Part shown: positions 11,149 through 24,144 of the stretch, one piece after another | Layout: each line of letters begins with the position of its first letter | How positions within the stretch are numbered: position 1 is the stretch's first letter | Assembly (NCBI GenBank): GCA_002189035.1 | Contig: NEEC01000503.1 | Location: 1-27,273 of the forward strand | DNA from: Utricularia gibba | Taxonomy: Eukaryota > Plantae > Magnoliophyta | Length of the DNA: 27,273 nt | Reading direction: 5' to 3' | Notes under the pieces: generated by a model | Seen by the model: only the letters and a program-made list of their open reading frames with translations | Told to the model about the DNA's origin: nothing | Databases searched by the model: none | Made by a program: the position numbers and the translations under genes

Positions 11149-13607
11149 AAGCTTTTCCTTGAGAAACCATGTAGGCAGCCTATAAAACCAACGTTAATAA
11201 ATGCATCAATTTTTTTGCCGGGCTACAAATGACTCTGGGCCCGAGCTCGACTCGACCTCCTGCTCGATACCGTTGCCCCACGAGAGCGCCTTATCAAATA
11301 TAAAGCATGCGGTTGAGAAAACATTTTGGGTGCTCATGAAATCCTAACTTCAATAACTGCATCACGATTTTCGTCGAGTAGGACCCGATGTGGCAAAGGA
11401 GTCAGACCGAACCTTGGGTCAGAACGAAGTTCCAACGACATCACCCGCCAGAAACGACAAGCTTTTCCTTGAGAAACTATGTAGGCAGCTATTAAAACCA
11501 ACGTTAATAAATGCATCAATTTTTTGCCGAGCTACAAATGACTCTGGGCCCGAGCTCGACTCGACCTCCTGCTCGATACCGTTGCCCCACGAGAGCGCCT
11601 TATCAAATATAAAGCATGCGGTTGAGAAAACCATTTTGGGTGCTCATGAAATCCTAACTTCAATAACTGCATCACGATTTTCGTCGAGTAGGACCCGATG
11701 TGGCAAAGGAGTCAGACCGAACCTTGGTCAGAACGAAGTTCCAACGACATCACCCGCCCAAAAACGACAAGCTTTTCCTTGAGAAACTATTAGGCAGCCT
11801 ATTAAAACCAAACGTTAATAAATGCATCAATTTTTTGCCGGCTACAAATGACTCTGGGCCCGAGCTCGACTCGACCTCCTGCTCGATACCGTTGCCCCAC
11901 GAGAGCGCCTTCAAATATAAAGCATGCGGTTGAGAAAACCATTTTGGTGCTCATGAAATCCTAACTTCAATAACTGCATCACGATTTTCGTCGAGTAGGA
12001 CCCGATGTGGCAAAGGAGTCAGACCGAACCTTGGGTCAGAACGAAGTTCCCAACGACATCACCCGCCCAGAAACGACAAGCTTTTCCTTGAGAAACTATG
12101 TAGGCAGCCTAATAAACCAACGTTAATAAATGCATCAATTTTTTGCCGGCTACAAATGACTCTGGGCCGAGCTCGACTCGACCTCTCGATACCGTTGCCC
12201 CACGAGAGCAAATATAAAGCATGCGGTTGAAAAAACCATTTTGGGTGCTCATGAAATCCTAACTTCAATAACTGCATCACGATTTTCGTCGAGTAGGACC
12301 CGATGTGGCAAAGGAGTCAGACCGAACCTTGGGTCAGAACGAAGTTCCAACGACATCACCCGCCAGAAACGACAAGCTTTTCCTTGAGAAACATGTAGGC
12401 AGCCTATAAAACCAACGTTAATAAATGCATCAATTTTTTTGCCGGGCTACAAATGACTCTGGGCCGAGCTCGACTCGACCTCCTGCTCGATACCGTTGCC
12501 CAGAGTGCCTTATCAAATATAAAGCATGCGGTTGAGAAAACCATTTTGGGTGCTCATGAATCCTAACTTCAATAACTGCATCACGATTTTCGTCGAGTAG
12601 GACCCGATGTGGCAAAGGAGTCAGACCGAACCTTGGTCAGAACGAAGTTCCAAAAGACATCACCCGCCCAGAAACGACAAGCTTTTCCTTGAGAAACTAT
12701 GTAGGCAGCCTATAAAACCAACGTTAATAAATGCATCAATTTTTTTGCCGGCTACAAATGACTCTGGGCCCGAGCTCGACTCGACCTCCTGCTCGATACC
12801 GTTGCCCCACGAGAGTGCCTTATCAAATATAAAGCATGCGGTTGAGAAAACCATTTTGGGTGCTCATGAAATCCTAACTTCAATAACTGCATCACGATTT
12901 TCGTCGAGTAGGACCCGATGTGGCAAAGGAGTCAGACCGAACCTTGGTCAGAACGAAGTTCCAAAAGACATCACCCGCCCAAAACGACAAGCTTTTCCTT
13001 GAGAAACCATGTAGGCAGCCTATTAAAACCAACGTTAATAAATGCATCAAGTTTTTTGCCGAGCTACAAATGACTATGGGCCCGAGCTCGACTCGACCTC
13101 CTGCTCGATACCGTTGCCCCACGAGAGCCTTATCAAATATAAAGCATGCGGTTGAGAAAACCATTTTGGGTGCTCATGAATCCTAACTTCAATAACTGCA
13201 TCACGATTTTCGTCGAGTAGGACCCGATGTGGCAAAGGAGTCAGACCGAACCTTGGTCAGAACGAAGTTCCAAAAGACATCACCCGCCCAAAACGACAAG
13301 CTTTTCCTTGAGAAACATGTAGGCAGCCTATTAAACCAACGTTAATAAATGCATCAATTTTTTTGCCGGGCTACAAATGACTATGGGCCGAGCTCGACTC
13401 GACCTCCTGCTCGATACCGTTGCCCCACGAGAGTGCCTTATCAAATATAAAGCATGCGGTTGAGAAAACCATTTTGGGTGCTCATGAATCCTAACTTCAA
13501 TAACTGCATCACGATTTTCGTCGAGTAGGACCCGATGTGGCAAAGGAGTCAGACCGAACCTATGGTCAGAACGAAGTTCCAAAAGACATCACCCGCCCAG
13601 AAACGAC
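11149..13607. repeat. Transition zone of intermediate monomers
   Basis: Right-domain variants become common here (ATTAAAACC or ATAAAACC, CAACGAC, CTTGGGTC, GAAATCC). The type C markers GGACCAGATT and CTAGAGCGCC are still absent. Confidence 0.65.
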
Positions 13608-16600
13608 AAGCTTTTCCTTGAGAAACCATGTAGGCAGCCTATTAAAACCGAACGTTAATAAATGCATCAATTTTTTTGCAGGCTAAAAATGACTCTGGGA
13701 GCGAGCCCGACTCGACCTTTTGCCCGATACCGTTGCCCCACTAGAGCGCCTCCTCAACTACAAAGCATGCGATTGACAAAACATTTTGGGTGCTCATGAA
13801 ATCCTAACTTCAATAACTGCATCACGATTTTCGTCGAGTAGGACCAGATTTGGCAAAGGAGACAGACCGAACCTTGGGTCAGAACGAAGTTCACAACGAC
13901 ATCACCCGCCCAAAAACGACAAGCTTTTCCTTGAGAAAACCATTGAGGCAGCCTATTAAAACCAACCGTTAATAAATGCATCAATTTTTTTGCCGGCTAC
14001 AAATGACTCTGGCCCGAGCTCGACTCGACCTCCTGCTCGATACCGTTGCCCCACGAGAGTGCCTTATCAAATAAAGCATGCGGTTGAGAAAACCATTTTG
14101 GGTGCTCATGAAATCCTAACTTCAATAACTGCATCACGATTTTCGTCGAGTAGGACCCGATGTGGCAAAGGAGTCAGACCGAACCTATGGTCAGAACGAA
14201 GTTCCAAAAGACATCACCCGCCCAGAAACGACAAGCTTTTCCTTGAGAAACCATGTAGGCAGCCTATTAAAACCCAACGTTAATAAATGCATCACTTTTT
14301 TTGCAGGCTAAAAATGACTCTGGGCGAGCCCGACTCGACCTTTTGCCCGATACCGTGCCCCACTAGAGCGCCTCCTCAACTACAAAGCATGCGATTGAAA
14401 AGCATTTTGGGTGCTCATGAATCCTAACTTCAATAACTGCATCACGATTTTCGTCGAGTAGGACCAGATTGGCAAAGGAGACAGACCGAACCTTGGGTCA
14501 GAACGAAGTTCACAACGACATCACCCGCCCAAAAACGACAAGCTTTTCCTTGAGAAAACCATTGAGGCAGCCTATTAAAACCAACCGTTAATAAATGCAT
14601 CAAGTTTTTTGCCGAGCTACAAATGACTATGGGCCCGAGCTCGACTCGACCTCCTACTCGATACCGTTGCCCCACGAGAGCACCTTATCAAATATAAAGC
14701 ATGCGGTTGAGAAAACCATTTTGGGTGCTCATGAATCCTAACTTCAATAACTGCATCACGATTTTCGTCGAGTAGGACCCGATGTGGCAAAGGAGTCAGA
14801 CCGAACCTATGGTCAGAACGAAGTTCCAAAAGACATCACCCGCCAGAAACGACAAGCTTTTCCTTGAGAAACCATGTAGGCAGCCTATTAAAACCCAACG
14901 TTAATAAATGCATCAATTTTTTTTGCAGGCTAAAAATGACTCTGGGAGCGAGCCCGACTCGACCTTTTGCCCGATACCGTGCCCCACTAGAGCGCCTCCT
15001 CAACTACAAAGCATGCGATTGACAAAAGCATTTTGGGTGCTCATGAATCCTAACTTCAATAACTGCATCACACGATTTTCGTCGAGTAGGACCAGATTTG
15101 GCAAAGGAGACAGACCGAACCTTGGGTCAGAACGAAGTTCCCAACGACATCACCCGCCAAAAACGACAAGCTTTTCCTTGAGAAAACTTGAGGCAGCCTA
15201 TTAAAACCAAACCGTTAATAAATGCATCAATTTTTTTTGCCGGCTACAAATGACTCTGGCCCCGAGCTCGACTCGACCTCCTGCTCGATACCGTTGCCCC
15301 ACGAGAGTGCCTTATCAAATATAAAGCATGCGGTTGAGAAAACCATTTTGGGTGCTCATGAATCCTAACTTCAATAACTGCATCACGATTTTCGTCGAGT
15401 AGGACCCGATGTGGCAAAGGAGTCAGACCGAACCTATGGTCAGAACGAAGTTCCAAAAGACATCACCCGCCCAGAAACGACAAGCTTTTCCTTGAAAAAA
15501 TGTAGGCAGCCTATAAAACCGAACGTTAATAAATGCATCAATTTTTTTTGCCGGGCTACAAATGACTCTGGGCCGAGCCCGACTCGACCTTTGCCCGATA
15601 CCGTGCCCCACTAGAGCGCCTCCTCAACTACAAAGCATGCGATTGAAAAACATTTTGGGTGCTCATGAAATCCTAACTTCAATAACTGCATCACGATTTT
15701 CGTCGAGTAGGACCAGATTGGCAAAGGAGACAGACCGAACCTTGGGTCAGAACGAAGTTCACAACGACATCACCCGCCCAAAAACGACAAGCTTTTCCTT
15801 GAGAAAACTTGAGGCAGCCTATTAAAACCAACGTTAATAAATGCATCAAGTTTTTTTGCCGAGCTACAAATGACTATGGGCCCGAGCTCGACTCGACCTC
15901 CTACTCGATACCGTTGCCCCACGAGAGCACCTTATCAAATATAAAGCATGCGGTTGAGAAAACCATTTTGGGTGCTCATGAAATCCTAACTTCAATAACT
16001 GCATCACGATTTTCGTCGAGTAGGACCCGATGTGGCAAAGGAGTCAGACCGAACCTATGGTCAGAACGAAGTTCCAAAAGACATCACCCGCCAGAAACGA
16101 CAAGCTTTTCCTTGAGAACCATGTAGGCAGCCTATTAAAACCCAACGTTAATAAATGCATCACTTTTTTTGACAGGCTAAAATGACTCTGGGCGAGCCCG
16201 ACTCGACCTTTTGCCCGATACCGTGCCCCACTAGAGCGCCTCCTCAACTACAAAGCATGCGATTGAAAAGCATTTTGGGTGCTCATGAAATCCTAACTTC
16301 AATAACTGCATCACGATTTTCGTCGAGTAGGACCAGATTTGGCAAAGGAGACAGACCGAACCTTGGGTCAGAACGAAGTTCACAACGACATCACCGCCCA
16401 AAAACGACAAGCTTTTCCTTGAGAAAACCATTGAGGCAGCCTATTAAAACCAACCGTTAATAAATGCATCAAGTTTTTTGCCGAGCTACAAATGACTATG
16501 GGCCCGAGCTCGACTCGACCTCCTACTCGATACCGTTGCCCCACGAGAGCACCTTATCAAATATAAAGCATGCGGTTGAGAAAACCATTTTGGGTGCTCA

Positions 16601-19600
16601 TGAAATCCTAACTTCAATAACTGCATCACGATTTTCGTCGAGTAGGACCCGATGTGGCAAAGGAGTCAGACCGAACCTATGGTCAGAACGAAGTTCCAAA
16701 AGACATCACCGCCCAGAAACGACAAGCTTTTCCTTGAGAAACCATGTAGGCAGCCTAATAAACCAACGTTAATAAATGCATCAATTTTTTTGCAGGCTAA
16801 AATGACTCTGGGAGCGAGCCCGACTCGACCTTTTGCCCGATACCGTGCCCCACTAGAGCGCCTCCTCAACTACAAAGCATGCGATTGAAAAAGCATTTTG
16901 GGTGCTCATGAAATCCTAACTTCAATAACTGCATCACGATTTTCGTCGAGTAGGACCAGATTTGGCAAAGGAGACAGACCGAACCTTGGGTCAGAACGAA
17001 GTTCACAACGACATCACCCGCCCAAAAACGACAAGCTTTTCCTTGAGAAAACCATTGAGGCAGCCTATTAAAACCAACCGTTAATAAATGCATCAATTTT
17101 TTTGCCGAGCTACAAATGACTATGGCCCGAGCTCGACTCGACCTCCTGCTCGATACCGTTGCCCCACGAGAGTGCCTTATCAAATATAAAGCATGCGGTT
17201 GAGAAAACCATTTTGGGTGCTCATGAAATCCTAACTTCAATAACTGCATCACGATTTTCGTCGAGTAGGACCCGATGTGGCAAAGGAGTCAGACCGAACC
17301 TATGGTCAGAACGAAGTTCCAAAAGACATCACCCGCCCAGAAACGACAAGCTTTTCCTTGAGAAACTATGTAGGCCTATTAAAACCGTTAATAAATGCAT
17401 CAATTTTTTTGCCGGCTACAAATGACTCTGGGCGAGCTCGACTCGACCTTTGCTCGATACCGTGCCCCACTAGAGCGCCTCCTCAACTACAAAGCATGCG
17501 ATTGAAAACATTTTGGGTGCTCATGAAATCCTAACTTCAATAACTGCATCACGATTTTCGTCGAGTAGGACCAGATTTGGCAAAGGAGTCAGACCGAACC
17601 TTGGTCAGAACGAAGTTCAAACGACATCACCCGCCCAAAAACGACAAGCTTTTCCTTGAGAAAACCATGAGGCAGCCTATTAAAACCAACCGTTAATAAA
17701 TGCATCAAGTTTTTTGCCGAGCTACAAATGACTATGGGCCGAGCTCGACTCGACCTCCTACTCGATACCGTTGCCCCACGAGAGCACCTTATCAAATATA
17801 AAGCATGCGGTTGAGAAAACCATTTTGGGTGCTCATGAATCCTAACTTCAATAACTGCATCACGATTTTCGTCGAGTAGGACCCGATGTGGCAAAGGAGT
17901 CAGACCGAACCTATGGTCAGAACGAAGTTCCAAAAGACATCACCCGCCAGAAACGACAAGCTTTTCCTTGAGAAACCATGTAGGCAGCCTATTAAAACCC
18001 AACGTTAATAAATGCATCATTTTTTTGCAGGCTAAAAATGACTCTGGGCGAGCCCGACTCGACCTTTTGCCCGATACCGTGCCCACTAGAGCGCCTCCTC
18101 AACTACAAAGCATGCGATTGACAAAACATTTTGGGTGCTCATGAAATCCTAACTTCAATAACTGCATCACGATTTTCGTCGAGTAGGACCAGATTGGCAA
18201 AGGAGACAGACCGAACCTTGGTCAGAACGAAGTTCACAACGACATCACCCCCAAAACGACAAGCTTTTCCTTGAGAAAACCATTGAGGCAGCCTATTAAA
18301 ACCAACCGTTAATAAATGCATCAAGTTTTTTGCCGAGCTACAAATGACTATGGGCCCGAGCTCGACTCGACCTCCTGCTCGATACCGTTGCCCCACGAGA
18401 GCACCTTATCAAATATAAAGCATGCGGTTGAGAAAACCATTTTGGGTGCTCATGAAATCCTAACTTCAATAACTGCATCACGATTTTCGTCGAGTAGGAC
18501 CCGATGTGGCAAAGGAGTCAGACCGAACCTATGGTCAGAACGAAGTTCCAAAGACATCACCCGCCCAGAAACGACAAGCTTTTCCTTGAGAAACCATGTA
18601 GGCAGCCTATTAAAACCAACGTTAATAAATGCATCAATTTTTTTGCAGGCTAAAATGACTCTGGGCGAGCGACTCGACCTCCTGCCGATACCGTGCCCCA
18701 CGAGAGCGCCTCCTCAAATATAAAGCATGCGGTTGAAAAACATTTTGGGTGCTCATGAAATCCTAACTTCAATAACTGCATCACGATTTTCGTCGAGTAG
18801 GACCAGATTTGGCAAAGGAGTCAGACCGAACCTTGGGTCAGAACGAAGTTCACAACGACATCACCCGCCCAAAAACGACAAGCTTTTCCTTGAGAAAACC
18901 ATTGAGGCAGCCTATTAAAACCAACGTTAATAAATGCATCAAGTTTTTTGCCGAGCTACAAATGACTATGGGCCCGAGCTCGACTCGACCTCCTACTCGA
19001 TACCGTTGCCCCACGAGAGCCCTTATCAAATATAAAGCATGCGGTTGAGAAAACCATTTTGGGTGCTCATGAAATCCTAACTTCAATAACTGCATCACGA
19101 TTTTCGTCGAGTAGGACCCGATGTGGCAAAGGAGTCAGACCGAACCTATGGTCAGAACGAAGCATCACCCCAGAAACGACAAGCTTTTCCTTGAGAAACC
19201 ATGTAGGCAGCCTATTAAAACCCAACGTTAATAAATGCATCAATTTTTTTGCAGGCTAAAAATGACTCTGGGCCGAGCTCGACTCGACCTTTGCCCGATA
19301 CCGTGCCCCACTAGAGCGCCTCCTCAAATACAAAGCATGCGATTGAGAAAACATTTTGGGTGCTCATGAAATCCTAACTTCAATAACTGCATCACGATTT
19401 TCGTCGAGTAGGACCAGATTTGGCAAAGGAGACAGACCGAACCTTGGGTCAGAACGAAGTTCACAACGACACCCGCCCAAAAACGACAAGCTTTTCCTTG
19501 AGAAAACCATTGAGGCAGCCTATTAAAACCAACCGTTAATAAATGCATCAAGTTTTTTTGCCGAGCTACAAATGACTATGGGCCCGAGCTCGACTCGACC

Positions 19601-21051
19601 TCCTACTCGATACCGTTGCCCCACGAGAGCACCTTATCAAATATAAAGCATGCGGTTGAGAAAACCATTTTGGGTGCTCATGAAATCCTAACTTCAATAA
19701 CTGCATCACGATTTTCGTCGAGTAGGACCCGATGTGGCAAAGGAGACAGACCGAACCTTGGGTCAGAACGAAGTTCCAACGACATCACCCGCCCAAAAAC
19801 GACAAGCTTTTCCTTGAGAAAACAATGTAGGCAGCTATTAAAACCCAACGTTAATAAATGCATCAATTTTTTTGCCGAGCTACAAATGACTATGGGCCGA
19901 GCTCGACTCGACCTCCTGCTCGATACCGTGCCCCACTAGAGCGCCTCCTCAAATATAAAGCATGCGATTGAAAACCATTTTGGGTGCTCATGAAATCCTA
20001 ACTTCAATAACTGCATCACGATTTTCGTCGAGTAGGACCAGATTTGGCAAAGGAGACAGACCGAACCTTGGGTCAGAACGAAGTTCACAACGACATCACC
20101 CGCCCAAAAACGACAAGCTTTTCCTTGAGAAACCATTGAGGCAGCCTATTAAAACCAACCGTTAATAAATGCATCAAGTTTTTTGCCGAGCTACAAATGA
20201 CTATGGGCCCGAGCTCGACTCGACCTCCTACTCGATACCGTTGCCCCACGAGAGCACCTTATCAAATATAAAGCATGCGGTTGAGAAAACCATTTTGGGT
20301 GCTCATGAAATCCTAACTTCAATAACTGCATCACGATTTTCGTCGAGTAGGACCCGATGTGGCAAAGGAGTCAGACCGAACCTATGGTCAGAACGAAGTT
20401 CCAAAAGACATCACCCCCAGAAACGACAAGCTTTTCCTTGAGAAACCATGTAGGCAGCCTATTAAACCCAACGTTAATAAATGCATCACTTTTTTTGACA
20501 GGCTAAAAATGACTCTGGGAGCGAGCCCGACTCGACCTTTTGCCCGATACCGTGCCCCACTAGAGCGCCTCCTCAACTACAAAGCATGCGATTGAAAAAC
20601 ATTTTGGGTGCTCATGAAATCCTAACTTCAATAACTGCATCACGATTTTCGTCGAGTAGGACCAGATTTGGCAAAGGAGACAGACCGAACCTTGGGTCAG
20701 AACGAAGTTCACAACGACATCACCCGCCCAAAACGACAAGCTTTTCCTTGAGAAAACCATTGAGGCAGCCTATTAAAACCAACCGTTAATAAATGCATCA
20801 AGTTTTTTGCCGAGCTACAAATGACTATGGGCCCGAGCTCGACTCGACCTCCTACTCGATACCGTTGCCCCACGAGAGCACCTTATCAAATATAAAGCAT
20901 GCGGTTGAGAAAACCATTTTGGGTGCTCATGAAATCCTAACTTCAATAACTGCATCACGATTTTCGTCGAGTAGGACCCGATGTGGCAAAGGAGTCAGAC
21001 CGAACCTTGGGTCAGAACGAAGTTCCAACGACATCACCCGCCCAAAACGAC
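13608..21051. repeat. Two-monomer higher-order repeat domain (~620 bp; type C alternating with type B or A), 12 consecutive units
   Basis: The type C marker GGACCAGATT occurs at ~13841, 14461, 15089, 15710, 16330, 16953, 17568, 18186, 18800, 19411, 20035 and 20659, i.e. in every second monomer. It never occurs before 13.8 kb. Confidence 0.92.
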
Positions 21052-24000
21052 AAGCTTTTCCTTGAGAAACAATGTAGGCGCTATTAAAACCCAACGTTAA
21101 TAATGCATCAAGTTTTTTTGCCGAGCTACAAATGACTATGGGCCCGAGCTCGACTCGACCTCCTGCTCGATACCGTTGCCCCACGAGAGCGCCTCCTCAA
21201 ATATAAAGCATGCGGTTGAGAAAACCATTTTGGGTGCTCATGAATCCTAACTTCAATAACTGCATCACGATTTTCGTCGAGTAGGACCCGATGTGGCAAA
21301 GGAGTCAGACAGAACCTTGGGTCAGAACGAAGTTCCAACGACATCACCCGCCAGAAAACGACAAGCTTTTCCTTGAGAAACTATGTAGGCAGCCTAATAA
21401 AACCAACGTTAATAAATGCATCAATTTTTTGCCGGGCTACAAATGACTCTGGGCCGAGCTCGACTCGACCTCCTGCTCGATACCGTTGCCCCACGAGAGT
21501 GCCTTATCAAATATAAAGCATGCGGTTGAGAAAACCATTTTGGGTGCTCATGAATCCTAACTTCAATAACTGCATCACGATTTTCGTCGAGTAGGACCCG
21601 ATGTGGCAAAGGAGTCAGACCGAACCTATGGTCAGAACGAAGTTCAAAAGACATCACCCGCCCAGAAACGACAAGCTTTTCCTTGAGAAACATGTAGGCA
21701 GCCTATAAACCAACGTTAATAAATGCATCAATTTTTTTGCCGCTACAAATGACTCTGGGCCCGAGCTCGACTCGACCTCCTCGATACCGTTGCCCCACGA
21801 GAGTGCCTTATCAAATATAAAGCATGCGGTTGAAAAACCATTTTGGGTGCTCATGAAATCCTAACTTCAATAACTGCATCACGATTTTCGTCGAGTAGGA
21901 CCCGATGTGGCAAAGGAGTCAGACCGAACCTTGGTCAGACGAAGTTCCAACGACATCACCCGCCCAGAAACGACAAGCTTTTCCTTGAGAAACTATGTAG
22001 GCAGCCTAATAAAGCCAACGTTAATAAATGCATCAATTTTTTTGCCGGGCTACAAATGACTCTGGGCCCGAGCTCGACTCGACCTCCTGCTCGATACCGT
22101 TGCCCACGAGAGTGCCTTATCAAATATAAAGCATGCGGTTGAGAAAACCATTTTGGGTGCTCATGAATCCTAACTTCAATAACTGCATCACGATTTTCGT
22201 CGAGTAGGACCCGATGTGGCAAAGGAGTCAGACCGAACCTTGGTCAGAACGAAGTTCCAAAAGACATCACCGCCCAGAAACGACAAGCTTTTCCTTGAGA
22301 AACCATGTAGGCAGCCTATTAAAACCCAACGTTAATAAATGCATCAATTTTTTTGCCGGCTACAAATGACTCTGGGCGAGCTCGACTCGACCTTTTGCTC
22401 GATACCGTGCCCCACGAGAGCGCCTCCTCAAATATAAAGCATGCGGTTGAGAAAACCATTTTGGGTGCTCATGAAATCCTAACTTCAATAACTGCATCAC
22501 GATTTTCGTCGAGTAGGACCAGATTTGGCAAAGGAGTCAGACCGAACCTTGGGTCAGAACGAAGTTCACAACGACATCACCCGCCAAAAACGACAAGCTT
22601 TTCCTTGAGAAACCATTGAGGCAGCCTATTAAAACCAACGTTAATAAATGCATCAATTTTTTGCCGAGCTACAAATGACTATGGGCCCGAGCTCGACTCG
22701 ACCTCCTCGATACCGTTGCCCCACGAGAGCCCTTATCAAATATAAAGCATGCGGTTGAGAAAACCATTTTGGGTGCTCATGAAATCCTAACTTCAATAAC
22801 TGCATCACGATTTTCGTCGAGTAGGACCCGATGTGGCAAAGGAGTCAGACCGAACCTTGGTCAGAACGAAGTTCACAACGACATCACCCGCCCAAAACGA
22901 CAAGCTTTTCCTTGAGAAACATGTAGGCGCCTATTAAAACCAACGTTAATAAATGCATCAATTTTTTGCCGAGCTACAAATGACTATGGGCCCGAGCTCG
23001 ACTCGACCTCCTGCTCGATACCGTTGCCCACGAGAGCGCCTCCTCAAATATAAAGCATGCGGTTGAGAAAACCATTTTGGGTGCTCATGAATCCTAACTT
23101 CAATAACTGCATCACGATTTTCGTCGAGTAGGACCCGATGTGGCAAAGGAGTCAGACCGAACCTTGGGTCAGAACGAAGTTCCCAACGACATCACCCGCC
23201 CAAAACGACAAGCTTTTCCTTGAGAAACCATGTAGGCAGCCTATTAAAACCCCGTTAATAAATGCATCAATTTTTTTTGCCGAGCTACAAATGACTATGG
23301 GCCCGAGCTCGACTCGACCTCCTGCTCGATACCGTTGCCCCACGAGAGTGCCTTATCAAATATAAAGCATGCGGTTGAGAAAACCATTTTGGGTGCTCAT
23401 GAATCCTAACTTCAATAACTGCATCACGATTTTCGTCGAGTAGGACCCGATGTGGCAAAGGAGTCAGACCGAACCTTGGTCAGAACGAAGTTCCAAAAGA
23501 CATCACCCGCCCAGAAACGACAAGCTTTTCCTTGAGAAACCATGTAGGCAGCCTATTAAAACCAACGTTAATAAATGCATCAATTTTTTTGCCGGGCTAC
23601 AAATGACTCTGGGCCCGAGCTCGACTCGACCTCCTGCTCGATACCGTTGCCCCACGAGAGCGCCTTATCAAATATAAAGCATGCGGTTGAGAAAACCATT
23701 TTGGGTGCTCATGAAATCCTAACTTCAATAACTGCATCACGATTTTCGTCGAGTAGGACCCGATGTGGCAAAGGAGTCAGACCGAACCTTGGGTCAGAAC
23801 GAAGTTCCAACGACATCACCCGCCCAAAACGACAAGCTTTTCCTTGAGAAACCATGTAGGCAGCCTATTAAAACCAACGTTAATAAATGCATCAATTTTT
23901 TTGCCGAGCTACAAATGACTCTGGGCCCGAGCTCGACTCGACCTCCTGCTCGATACCGTTGCCCCACGAGAGCGCCTTATCAAATATAAAGCATGCGGTT

Positions 24001-24144
24001 GAGAAAACCATTTTGGGTGCTCATGAATCCTAACTTCAATAACTGCATCACGATTTTCGTCGAGTAGGACCCGATGTGGCAAAGGAGTCAGACCGAACCT
24101 TGGTCAGAACGAAGTTCCAAAAGACATCACCCGCCCAAAACGAC
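21052..24144. repeat. Mixed domain: mostly A-like monomers with partial type C or B traits
   Basis: GGACCAGATT appears only once (~22516). GCGCCTCCTC occurs at ~21188, ~22420 and ~23036. The other units are A-like. Confidence 0.7.
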
